Below are positions 1-8,608 of a stretch of 53,985 bases of DNA, piece after piece (the first letter of the stretch is position 1; each line of letters begins with the position of its first letter). Where the stretch lies: the IMG/VR virus record IMGVR_UViG_3300010370_000051, positions 1-53,985 of that record, one strand, 5' to 3'. Position numbers and translations under genes: made by a program. Below the pieces are notes generated by a model. It worked only from the letters and a program-made list of their open reading frames with translations. It was not told where the DNA came from and ran no database searches. The stretch is from a virus. Lineage: Duplodnaviria; Caudoviricetes.

Positions 1-1
1 G

Positions 2-991
2 AGAGACCGTTTCGTTTTTGTTGGCTGGTCTGGACTTCTTCTTTTTCCCACTGCTTACCTTGCTCTTGGTGGTTGGCTTACTGGGACAACTTTCGTTACG
101 AGTTGGTATACTCACGGGCTTGCGAGTTCCTATCTTGAGGGTGCAAACTTTCTTACTGCAGCAGTTAGCACTCCAGCAGATTCTATGGGTCATTCTCTTC
201 TTCTTCTCTGGGGTCCTGAGGCTCAAGGGGATATCGTCCGTTGGTTCCAACTTGGGGGACTCTGGACTTTTGTGGCGCTCCACGGGGCTTTCAGCCTGAT
301 TGGATTTATGCTTCGCCAGTTTGAGATTGCCCGCCTTGTAGGCATTCGTCCATACAATGCAATCGCATTCTCTGGTCCTATCGCAGTATTCGTTTCTGTG
401 TTCCTGATGTATCCACTGGGTCAGTCCAGTTGGTTCTTCGCACCATCGTTTGGCGTTGCTGCAATCTTCAGGTTTCTTCTGTTTATCCAAGGATTTCATA
501 ATTATACGTTAAATCCGTTTCATATGATGGGCGTAGCAGGTATTCTTGGCGGTGCTTTATTGTGTGCCATTCACGGTGCTACCGTTGAGAATACTCTTTA
601 TGAAGACAGCGATCAATCAAACACTTTCAAGGCATTTGAACCGACTCAAGAGGAAGAGACGTACTCTATGGTTACGGCTAACAGATTCTGGTCTCAGATC
701 TTCGGTATTGCTTTTAGTAATAAGCGTTGGTTGCACTTCTTTATGCTTTTTGTCCCAGTTATGGGTCTCTGGACTTCTTCTATTGGTATCATCGGTCTTG
801 CTCTTAACCTCCGTGCATACGACTTTGTATCTCAGGAGATTAGAGCAGCAGAAGATCCCGAATTTGAAACATTTTACACAAAAAATATATTATTAAACGA
901 AGGCTTACGTGCTTGGATGGCTCCAGTAGATCAACCTCACGAGAACTTTGTGTTCCCAGAAGAGGTTCTTCCACGAGGCAATGCTTTGTGA
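2..991 (+). CDS. psbD: Photosystem II D2 protein (5'-truncated by window edge)
   Basis: Frame open from nt 2: [11 protein letters not shown]...GPEAQGD...PFHMMGVAG...[10 protein letters not shown]...[10 protein letters not shown]. Confidence 0.99.
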   Translation, partial: RDRFVFVGWSGLLLFPTAYLALGGWLTGTTFVTSWYTHGLASSYLEGANFLTAAVSTPADSMGHSLLLLWGPEAQGDIVRWFQLGGLWTFVALHGAFSLIGFMLRQFEIARLVGIRPYNAIAFSGPIAVFVSVFLMYPLGQSSWFFAPSFGVAAIFRFLLFIQGFHNYTLNPFHMMGVAGILGGALLCAIHGATVENTLYEDSDQSNTFKAFEPTQEEETYSMVTANRFWSQIFGIAFSNKRWLHFFMLFVPVMGLWTSSIGIIGLALNLRAYDFVSQEIRAAEDPEFETFYTKNILLNEGLRAWMAPVDQPHENFVFPEEVLPRGNAL

Positions 992-997
992 TATAAT

Positions 998-1024
998 TAG
1001 AGGGTGTAACAACCCTCTTTTTTT
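998..1024 (+). terminator. Rho-independent terminator after psbD
   Basis: agaggg-tgtaacaa-ccctct followed by T run. Confidence 0.8.
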
Positions 1025-1147
1025 ATGTCTCATAATCCTCAGCACGAACCTATGGAGCCCTGGGTAATTTGGGCAGGTGTAGCAATGATGGGATTTACAG
1101 TTATTGTATTTGTAACATTTACTCTTAGTGTAATCTATTGGGGTTAA
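1025..1147 (+). CDS. 40-aa single-TM membrane peptide
   Basis: Manually translated: MSHNPQHEPMEPWVIWAGVAMMGFTVIVFVTFTLSVIYWG. Confidence 0.65.
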   Translation: MSHNPQHEPMEPWVIWAGVAMMGFTVIVFVTFTLSVIYWG

Positions 1148-1171
1148 ATAGTTGCAGAAGCACTCACAAAA

Positions 1172-1246
1172 ATGCTCCTCATACTCTTCCTTTTCCAACT
1201 GTTTGGAGTTTTTCTTTTTATAATGTCCGTTATTCAAGATTTATGA
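1172..1246 (+). CDS. 24-aa hydrophobic peptide
   Basis: MLLILFLFQLFGVFLFIMSVIQDL; its stop overlaps the next ATG (ATGA). Confidence 0.4.
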   Translation: MLLILFLFQLFGVFLFIMSVIQDL

Positions 1247-1383
1247 TATCGTCGGAAACACCATATAAACTCGCAGAAGTAATTCGTGATACCTGGCCCA
1301 ATCTTTACAGAAAACCACAAGTATCTTATAATAAGGAAAAGAAATTAAATGATGAACGAATATTGGATCGTAAAAGAAAATAA
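1243..1383 (+). CDS. Cyanophage hypothetical protein
   Basis: MISSETPYKLAEVIRDTWP...; ATG at 1243 preferred over the ORF-track start at 1138. Confidence 0.65.
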   Translation: MISSETPYKLAEVIRDTWPNLYRKPQVSYNKEKKLNDERILDRKRK

Positions 1384-1603
1384 AACAGGTCGTGTTATTT
1401 GTCATTGTGCGGATATTAATGATGCACTTATGATGGTGTCTTTTGATCCTCATCATCGTTCATATAGTCGTCATCGTTTTATTGTGGATCAGGTGATTGA
1501 TATTACTTCAACAACTGATAAGCAACTTTCTGGACAGATTGGACTTCCTGCTGCACAAGACTTATACATTTCGGAAGGTCAAGGAGAACCTGTGGTTGTA
1601 TGA
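1349..1603 (+). CDS. Hypothetical protein
   Basis: 84-aa ORF in tight operon packing. Confidence 0.75.
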   Translation: MMNEYWIVKENKTGRVICHCADINDALMMVSFDPHHRSYSRHRFIVDQVIDITSTTDKQLSGQIGLPAAQDLYISEGQGEPVVV

Positions 1604-1803
1604 ATCATCGTAAACATAAGCAAGCAGAAAATCTAAAAAAGAAAGTGTACACTCCAGACGGATACATTAAAGATCCACCTGATGCAGTATGTCCTCATTG
1701 TGGTCAGAAAGGTAAGTCTTGTTCTTATGTAAATAGTGTAAGTCGTGCCTGGGCAAGAGATGCTTGTGCTAAAAAGAATTCAAAATCTTCTTCAGAGGGA
1801 TAA
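1600..1803 (+). CDS. Small Cys-rich (Zn-binding?) hypothetical protein
   Basis: CPHC...C...C; ATGA overlap with previous gene. Confidence 0.7.
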   Translation: MNHRKHKQAENLKKKVYTPDGYIKDPPDAVCPHCGQKGKSCSYVNSVSRAWARDACAKKNSKSSSEG

Positions 1804-1907
1804 AGATATAAGTTATTATGAGGAATTTCATTACATTTATATTACTCTGAAAGAACTTATTGAAGTTATAAAAACCAGAAATAAATAATCATAAGTCGCA
1901 GTAACTT

Positions 1908-2279
1908 ATGGGACCTCTACACTCTCCAAAGGAATACTTGTTTCATTTACACGCAACAAGTTCTGGGGAGGCGAAACGAATGTGGAGGCAAAACATAAAA
2001 GAAGAGTGGGGACATCAATGTGCTTATTGTGGGTCAGAAGAGAACCTTACGATTGATCACATTCTTCCCCAATCAAAGGGTGGATTAGACGTTACAAAAA
2101 ATGTAGTCTGCTGCTGCCACCATTGTAACCAGTCCAAGGGGCACGAGCACTGGAAGTTGTGGTACGTTCAGCAAGATTTTTATAGTGAAGAAAGGTTTGA
2201 TAAGATAGAAAAGTGGATGAAACCAGACCCTCCAACTAATTTATTTTCTTATCGTCCAAGACGCAATAATGCATCTTGA
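1908..2279 (+). CDS. HNH endonuclease
   Basis: CAYC...LTIDHILPQSKGG...NVVCCCHHCNQSKG motif. Confidence 0.92.
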   Translation: MGPLHSPKEYLFHLHATSSGEAKRMWRQNIKEEWGHQCAYCGSEENLTIDHILPQSKGGLDVTKNVVCCCHHCNQSKGHEHWKLWYVQQDFYSEERFDKIEKWMKPDPPTNLFSYRPRRNNAS

Positions 2280-2335
2280 ATAAATAAATGAAAGACAGTA
2301 TATACTGTTTTTCTGGTAAATACCGAATATCATAA

Positions 2336-4681
2336 ATGGCAACTCCGATTCGGATAAAAAGGTCTGCCGTTCCTGGTAAGAGACCTACAGCAGATCAACT
2401 ATTAAGCGCAGAATTAGCTTACAACACGTATGATGGTGAGTTAACTGCTAAGAGAGAGCGTCCAGGAATCGGAACAGATATTATTCGTATCGGTGCAGGC
2501 GCAACAGTTACTAATGTTATCTATGTCACAAAAGACGGAAGCGACACAAACACAGGTCTCAAACTCGGAGACGCCAAAGCAACAATCGCAGGAGCAGTTG
2601 CAATCTCAACAGCAGGTTCCGTTATTAGAGTTAGTGCTGGATCTTATGTAGAAAACAATCCAATCTCATTACCCAATCAAGTCAGTATTGTTGGTGATAG
2701 TTTAAGAGAAGTCTCAGTTACTCCACAAAACCAAGGAGACCTCTTTTATGTTGGGAATGGAAACTATATTGCAGAAATGTCGTTTGTAGGATCTGCAAAT
2801 CCAGGTGCTATTTTTTCATTCAATCCTAATAAACCAGTTTATAATAATCAATCGCCTTATATTCAAAATTGTACTAACTTCATTCCAAATAGTATTGGGA
2901 TGAAAATTGATGGTCGATATTCTATTGGACCAACAAAATCGATGGTTCTTGACTCATATACTCAATATAATCAAGGTGGTATTGGAGTTTCAATTACCAA
3001 TGAAGGTTATGCTCAGTTAGTTTCACTCTTTACAATTTGCCCAGACACTGCAGTTTTTTGTGGAACTGGCGGTGCTTGTGACTTAACAAACTCCAATGCA
3101 TCATTTGGTAATTATGGTCTTGTTGCTGATGGTATTGGACCAAGAAAGTATACAGGTATTGTAACTCAAACTGCAGAAGCAAATAGTGATACATTTACTT
3201 TGGATTTAAATGTTTCTACATTAAACATTGTAAATGCATCTTATGATCATACTACAGGGTTATTAACTGCAACTACAAACAACCCACATAAATTTTCTGT
3301 GGGTATGGGAATAAGTCTTTCTGGTCTTGGATTTACTTGCCCATCTGGACCTGGAATTTTAACCTATCCAAGTGGAAACTATGGATATGTATTTGAAACT
3401 ATTACAGTTGCGCCCGGAAGATATGTTGATGCTTATAATTTAATTCAATTAAATAGGCAAGAAATAATTAATAGTTCTTATAATGCAATTTCTGCGGCAT
3501 ATCCATTATTTGTGAATCCAAATCCAGAAAAATGCAAACGGGATATTGGATATATTGTTGATGCCGTTTCAACTGATGTTAGAGATTTTACAAGTAGAAA
3601 CTCAATCGAAGCAACTAAAGCATACTTTAAACTTGACGGAACACTATTGACAAATGGTTTAGAAGGTGAAATTCCTCAAACAATAGTTGGGTTTACTTCT
3701 GCAAGAGAACTAATGAAACTTGCAGTTACAAATAATCTTACTAATAAAAATTTGTCTATTGTAGCAGATCCTTTAACTAATAATAATATAGATCCATCAT
3801 CTTGTGCGGATGTTCGTTCTTTTATTGATAATCTTGTTGGAATAATTACAACTAGACTGGGTACTGGAAATTTAAACACTAATCCATTACCGACAGTTTC
3901 TGCAGCAAGTACAACTTTTACAGCCTATGTTGGAACATCTACTTTGCCTCATACATACAATTATGGCGGGACTGCAAAAATTAATGTAACAAGACCTTTT
4001 GATGGGCAAGTTGTTTATTTTGATCGATTATTTTATAGTGTGAGTGGTATAAAAATAAATTCTGGGGGTTCTGGTTATTCAGGAACTGTTGAGATAACAA
4101 TTGATTCTCCAGAACCAGATTGGTCTATACCTGCAACTGCAGTTGCAGAAGTTAAAAATGGTTCTGTTATATCTGTAGAAATGATATCAAATGGTAGAGG
4201 ATATACTTCTACTCCAAAAGTTACTTTTAGTTCTCCTGATGTTGGAATTAATACTGCAACTGGTGATGCTATTTTACTTCCAACATATTATTCAATTTTA
4301 AGTTCTACTCCGATTTCTTCTGGCATTTCTACAATAACTGTAAATGAAAATGTTCCATATTCTATTGGAGTTGGAACAGAAACATATTTTTATAAGCAAA
4401 GTAGAGTTCTTGCATCAGGTCATTCCTTTGAATATATTGGTTCGGGAACAAATATTAATGCCGCTCTTCCTGCACAAGGAGGTGTTCCAATTCAAGATAA
4501 TGAGGTTGATATGAGAAATGGTGGTTTGGTTGTTTATACCAGTACAGATCAATCTGGTAATTTTAGAATAGGTGAAGGTGTTGCTATTAATCAGCAAACT
4601 GGAACTATTTCTGGAAGATTTTATTCAAAGAGTTTATTTTCAACAATGACTCCATTTATACTCGCACTCGGAGGAGAATAA
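2336..4681 (+). CDS. Virion structural/tail-fibre-like protein (pectin-lyase-like N-part, CxRD helical insert)
   Basis: IRIKRS...ELAYNTYDG N-terminus; YVTKDGSDTNTG..ATIAGA; IVGDSLR; SGHSFEYIGSG and STDQSGNFRIG cyanophage structural motifs; late-promoter-like ATAAATA upstream. Confidence 0.8.
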   Translation: MATPIRIKRSAVPGKRPTADQLLSAELAYNTYDGELTAKRERPGIGTDIIRIGAGATVTNVIYVTKDGSDTNTGLKLGDAKATIAGAVAISTAGSVIRVSAGSYVENNPISLPNQVSIVGDSLREVSVTPQNQGDLFYVGNGNYIAEMSFVGSANPGAIFSFNPNKPVYNNQSPYIQNCTNFIPNSIGMKIDGRYSIGPTKSMVLDSYTQYNQGGIGVSITNEGYAQLVSLFTICPDTAVFCGTGGACDLTNSNASFGNYGLVADGIGPRKYTGIVTQTAEANSDTFTLDLNVSTLNIVNASYDHTTGLLTATTNNPHKFSVGMGISLSGLGFTCPSGPGILTYPSGNYGYVFETITVAPGRYVDAYNLIQLNRQEIINSSYNAISAAYPLFVNPNPEKCKRDIGYIVDAVSTDVRDFTSRNSIEATKAYFKLDGTLLTNGLEGEIPQTIVGFTSARELMKLAVTNNLTNKNLSIVADPLTNNNIDPSSCADVRSFIDNLVGIITTRLGTGNLNTNPLPTVSAASTTFTAYVGTSTLPHTYNYGGTAKINVTRPFDGQVVYFDRLFYSVSGIKINSGGSGYSGTVEITIDSPEPDWSIPATAVAEVKNGSVISVEMISNGRGYTSTPKVTFSSPDVGINTATGDAILLPTYYSILSSTPISSGISTITVNENVPYSIGVGTETYFYKQSRVLASGHSFEYIGSGTNINAALPAQGGVPIQDNEVDMRNGGLVVYTSTDQSGNFRIGEGVAINQQTGTISGRFYSKSLFSTMTPFILALGGE

Positions 4682-4684
4682 GAA

Positions 4685-5026
4685 ATGGCATTAGCACTTA
4701 ACGTATTTAAGACAGTTACAAAAGTTGCATCAACAAGTGCAGTTGGAATTTATACAGCACCTGTGGGATACACTGGAGTTGTTCTTTTAGCACAAGCGGC
4801 AAATATAGGAGGTAGTACTCAAACAATTTCCTTTTCTCATCAAAGAACAACTTCAGGAATTGCAGTTACTACGGAAATTTTGAAAAATTTTCCAATTTCT
4901 TCAAATGATACTGCAAATCTTTTAGCAGGCAAATTAGTTCTTGAATCTGGTGATGTTCTTGTATTATCTGCAAGCACTGGAACTGATATTAAATTTTTAG
5001 GAAGCATCTTGGAGACACTTAACTAA
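4685..5026 (+). CDS. Small virion structural protein
   Basis: IYTAP...KLVLESGD...SILE pattern typical of small genes between cyanomyovirus fibre genes. Confidence 0.7.
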   Translation: MALALNVFKTVTKVASTSAVGIYTAPVGYTGVVLLAQAANIGGSTQTISFSHQRTTSGIAVTTEILKNFPISSNDTANLLAGKLVLESGDVLVLSASTGTDIKFLGSILETLN

Positions 5027-5027
5027 A

Positions 5028-8000
5028 ATGACTAAGTACACTAGCGGCAGACAAAAAAATCTAAAAGTTGGTATAGTATCTTATAGTGAGAATTTAACTT
5101 CACTTGAAGTTGTTGGTGGTGCTATTTTTAGTGGTGAAAGCACTGGTGAACTTGTTAGAATTAGTCAAATTGGTACTGGACCTGCTTTTATTGTAGAAGA
5201 TAGTGCAAATCCTGATGTTACACCTTTTGTAGTTACTACAGAAGGTAAAGTCGCTATTGGTGTTGCTGCTGGTGGTATTAGTACTAGTTATAAGTTAGAA
5301 GTTGATGGTGGAGATATTAGATTTGTTAAAGGCGGTCAAGGTGACCTTATTATTTCGCATTCAAATTTAGTATCTAATGTTCGTGCTTCTGGTAATGTTC
5401 AACTCGGTTTGGGTGCAAATGGTGAAGATGCAATAAGAATTAATTTAAATAATAATGTTGGTATAGGAACCACAAATCCAACATCAAAACTTTACGTTGT
5501 TGGTGATGGTTACTTTACTGGTGTTGTTACAGCATTAAGTTTTTCTGGTAATGCTTCAAGTGCTACTTATGCTACATCAGCAGGTATAGCAACTTATGCT
5601 ACCACAGCAGGAATCGCAACTTATGCAACTTATGCGATTAATGCTGGAGTATCTACAAGTGTAATAGGTGGTATAGGTTCTATAGCACAATTGAATGTTT
5701 CTGGTCTATCTACATTTAACGCAATTTCTGTAGGTGGAACCACTGGTGTAAATGGACAATATTTAAAATCAACTGGCGATGGACTTGTATGGGCAAGTTT
5801 CACACCTTTAAGGAGTGTTTACAATTTTATTGCCGAAAATAGTCAAAAGCAATTTGATGTTGCTGGAATAAGCAGTGGATATGTTGATGTGTTTTTAAAT
5901 GGTATTCGTTTAGATGATATAAATTATTCTCTTGTAGGAACCGGAGTTAGTTTAACTGTAGGAACATTTACTAATGATGAAGTAACCATTATTTCATACA
6001 ACACCACTGGTGCTGGATCTGGTGGCGGAACTGGATCTGGTAGTGAATGGACAAGAGTTGGAAATGGAATTTATAATACGGGAAGAGTTTCAATTGGAAC
6101 TGATACTGTAGGATCAGGTTCAACTGTTTTATATGTTGTTGGAGATGCTAGAATCACTGGAATTTTATCTATAGGGCAAGGTACAGTTACAATTGATGGT
6201 AGTACTAATACATTAACAGTTCCAAATCTTGTAGTTACAAATAATACTAGTGGAATAAATCTTGCTTCTTATGCAACAACTGCTGGAATATCTACAAATT
6301 CAATTTATTCATTTTCTAGTGGTATAGCATCTTATGCTGATAATTCTGGTATTTCTACTTATTCAATCACTGCCGGAATATCTACAAATGTGATTGGCGG
6401 TATTGGATCTATAACGCAACTTAATGTATCAAATAATTCATATCTTATTGGTAATGTTGGTGTAGGAACTACAAACCCACTTCAAAATCTGGATATTCGC
6501 GGTAATTTAAGAATAACAGGAGCAATTTATGATGGTTTTGACAATGTTGGGTTATCTGGACAAATACTATCGTCTACTGGAACCAAAGTTCAGTGGATAA
6601 ATGTTAGTTCTGCAAATGTTGGGTCTGCAAATTCTATTGGAATTAATCTAGATTCTAGTAATTCGTCAAGGTACATTACATTTGTTGATAATACATCTGG
6701 AACAAATATTGTTAAAGTTGATAGTGATTTAATTTATAATCCAAATACTAATACACTTACTGCGTCAAATTTTGTAGGTTCTTTATCAGGAACAGCAACA
6801 ACAGCAACAAATCTTTATGATGCTGCAAATATTACTACTGGAACTATTAATAGTGCTAGATTAAGTGGAACTTATAATATTAATATTAATGGTAATGCTT
6901 CAAGTGCTACTTACGCAACATCAGCAGGAATTGCCACTTATGCTACATCAACAGGCATTGCTACTTACGCAACATCAGCAGGTATAAGCACTTATGCTAC
7001 ATCAGCAGGAATTGCTACTTATTCTAATAATGCTGGTATAGCAACATCAGTCATTGGTGGAATTGCATCTGTTACACAATTAAATGTTTCTGGAGTTTCT
7101 ACCTTAGGGTTTATTACTACAAGAAACTTATATTCTTCAGGAATTGTTACAGCATCTGCATTTTATGGTGATGGTACAAATCTTAGAGGTGTGCCTAGAT
7201 CTTATTATACAGAATATTCATCTTCTGCAAATGTATCTAACTCTGCATTAAGTATTTCTGGTATAAGTTCTTATTCCCAATTGGCAGTTATAAAAGGAAC
7301 TTACGCAAGTCAATTTAATGATTACTATGGTGGTTCAGTAGCACTTACACCTGATGGTAATACCTTAGTTATTGGTGCCTGGGACGATGAAATTTCTGGT
7401 TCTGCTGGTTATGGTGTTGTTTATGTTTATGATCGAAATTATGGTGGAGGATCTGATGTATATGGTGAAGTAGGAATACTAACTGGATTTTATGCTTCTC
7501 AGAGTGGAGATTTTTTTGGAATATCCGTATCAGTCAGTGCTGATGGTAATACAGTTGTTGTTGGAGCATCTGGTGATGAAACAACGGGTACGGATACAGG
7601 TGTTGTTTATGTATATGATAGAACTACTGAAAATACTTTTACTCAAGTTGGAATTCTTACAGGATCAGATTCAACCACTGGAGATCAATTTGGGGAGGGT
7701 CTTGCAATAAGTCCAAATGGAAGTTCAATTATTGTTGCTGCAGTAGGTAATGGTAGTCGTTTTTATCATTTTGTAAGATCTGGAAATACATTTGATCAAG
7801 TTGATCTTTATGCTTATGGTTCTTTTGCTGGTTACTCTTTAAACTTTAATGGAGATGGAAAATCATTTGTTGCAACCGACAACAACACAGTCATTTTATT
7901 TGAGTTAATTGATGGTTTTATTAACATAGTTGATTCTTATGTAGATGGTTCAACTTTATATTCTGCTGCAATTAGTGCTGATGGAAAAACTATAATTGCT

Positions 8001-8573
8001 GGTAATAATAATGGAGTTTCTGTTTTTGATAGAGTCGGCAATTCTTTAAGTAGAGTTGGAATTCTTACTGCGGTTGTTGATCCTACATCTTCTTATGGTG
8101 AATCTGCTGCAATTAGTGCCGATGGAAAAACTATTATCGTTGGTGCATATCAAGACAATGGTACAAAGGGTCGTGTATTTATATACAATCGTCAAGGAAA
8201 TGTCTTTAATCAAGTAGGAATAGTAACCGCAGGATCGAGAGCAAATGCTGGGGATTGGTTCGGATACTCATTAGCATTAAGTGCTGATGCTAAAACTCTT
8301 ATTGTTGGTGCTCCTGTTGATGAATTGACTGGTTCTACTGGATATGGATCTGTTTATATTTTTAATCAGACACAACAAACATATCTTTATTCTGGACCAA
8401 CAGGTAATATTGGTATAGGTTCAACATCACCAACAACAAAACTTGATGTTGTTGGTGATGCAAGAATTGGTATTAATACCTCTCAAGGTGTAATACTTAC
8501 CTCTGCAAATGGAACAAAATATCGTTTAATTGTAAGTGATGCTGGTACGTTAAGTACAGTTCTTGTTACCTAA
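5028..8573 (+). CDS. Tail fibre-like protein with C-terminal FG-GAP-like beta-propeller
   Basis: NVGIGTTNP repeats, ATYATSAGI repeats, FG.S..lSADG.T..VGA...G.VYvy blades. Confidence 0.85.
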   Translation: MTKYTSGRQKNLKVGIVSYSENLTSLEVVGGAIFSGESTGELVRISQIGTGPAFIVEDSANPDVTPFVVTTEGKVAIGVAAGGISTSYKLEVDGGDIRFVKGGQGDLIISHSNLVSNVRASGNVQLGLGANGEDAIRINLNNNVGIGTTNPTSKLYVVGDGYFTGVVTALSFSGNASSATYATSAGIATYATTAGIATYATYAINAGVSTSVIGGIGSIAQLNVSGLSTFNAISVGGTTGVNGQYLKSTGDGLVWASFTPLRSVYNFIAENSQKQFDVAGISSGYVDVFLNGIRLDDINYSLVGTGVSLTVGTFTNDEVTIISYNTTGAGSGGGTGSGSEWTRVGNGIYNTGRVSIGTDTVGSGSTVLYVVGDARITGILSIGQGTVTIDGSTNTLTVPNLVVTNNTSGINLASYATTAGISTNSIYSFSSGIASYADNSGISTYSITAGISTNVIGGIGSITQLNVSNNSYLIGNVGVGTTNPLQNLDIRGNLRITGAIYDGFDNVGLSGQILSSTGTKVQWINVSSANVGSANSIGINLDSSNSSRYITFVDNTSGTNIVKVDSDLIYNPNTNTLTASNFVGSLSGTATTATNLYDAANITTGTINSARLSGTYNININGNASSATYATSAGIATYATSTGIATYATSAGISTYATSAGIATYSNNAGIATSVIGGIASVTQLNVSGVSTLGFITTRNLYSSGIVTASAFYGDGTNLRGVPRSYYTEYSSSANVSNSALSISGISSYSQLAVIKGTYASQFNDYYGGSVALTPDGNTLVIGAWDDEISGSAGYGVVYVYDRNYGGGSDVYGEVGILTGFYASQSGDFFGISVSVSADGNTVVVGASGDETTGTDTGVVYVYDRTTENTFTQVGILTGSDSTTGDQFGEGLAISPNGSSIIVAAVGNGSRFYHFVRSGNTFDQVDLYAYGSFAGYSLNFNGDGKSFVATDNNTVILFELIDGFINIVDSYVDGSTLYSAAISADGKTIIAGNNNGVSVFDRVGNSLSRVGILTAVVDPTSSYGESAAISADGKTIIVGAYQDNGTKGRVFIYNRQGNVFNQVGIVTAGSRANAGDWFGYSLALSADAKTLIVGAPVDELTGSTGYGSVYIFNQTQQTYLYSGPTGNIGIGSTSPTTKLDVVGDARIGINTSQGVILTSANGTKYRLIVSDAGTLSTVLVT
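5455..5593 (+). repeat. Near-identical copy of 8703-8841
   Basis: About 139 nt shared between two fibre genes, 3 mismatches by eye. Confidence 0.9.
6818..7099 (+). repeat. Segment duplicated at about 10291-10491
   Basis: Identical DNA (DAANITTGTINSARLSG...LNVSGVS) differing in the number of 30-nt repeat units. Confidence 0.9.
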
Positions 8574-8608
8574 ACTTCAAATAAATACCTTTATAAAGCA
8601 GAAATAAA

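Noticed and set aside
18-896. ORFs 18-299 and 546-896
   Set aside because: Alternative frames overlapping psbD
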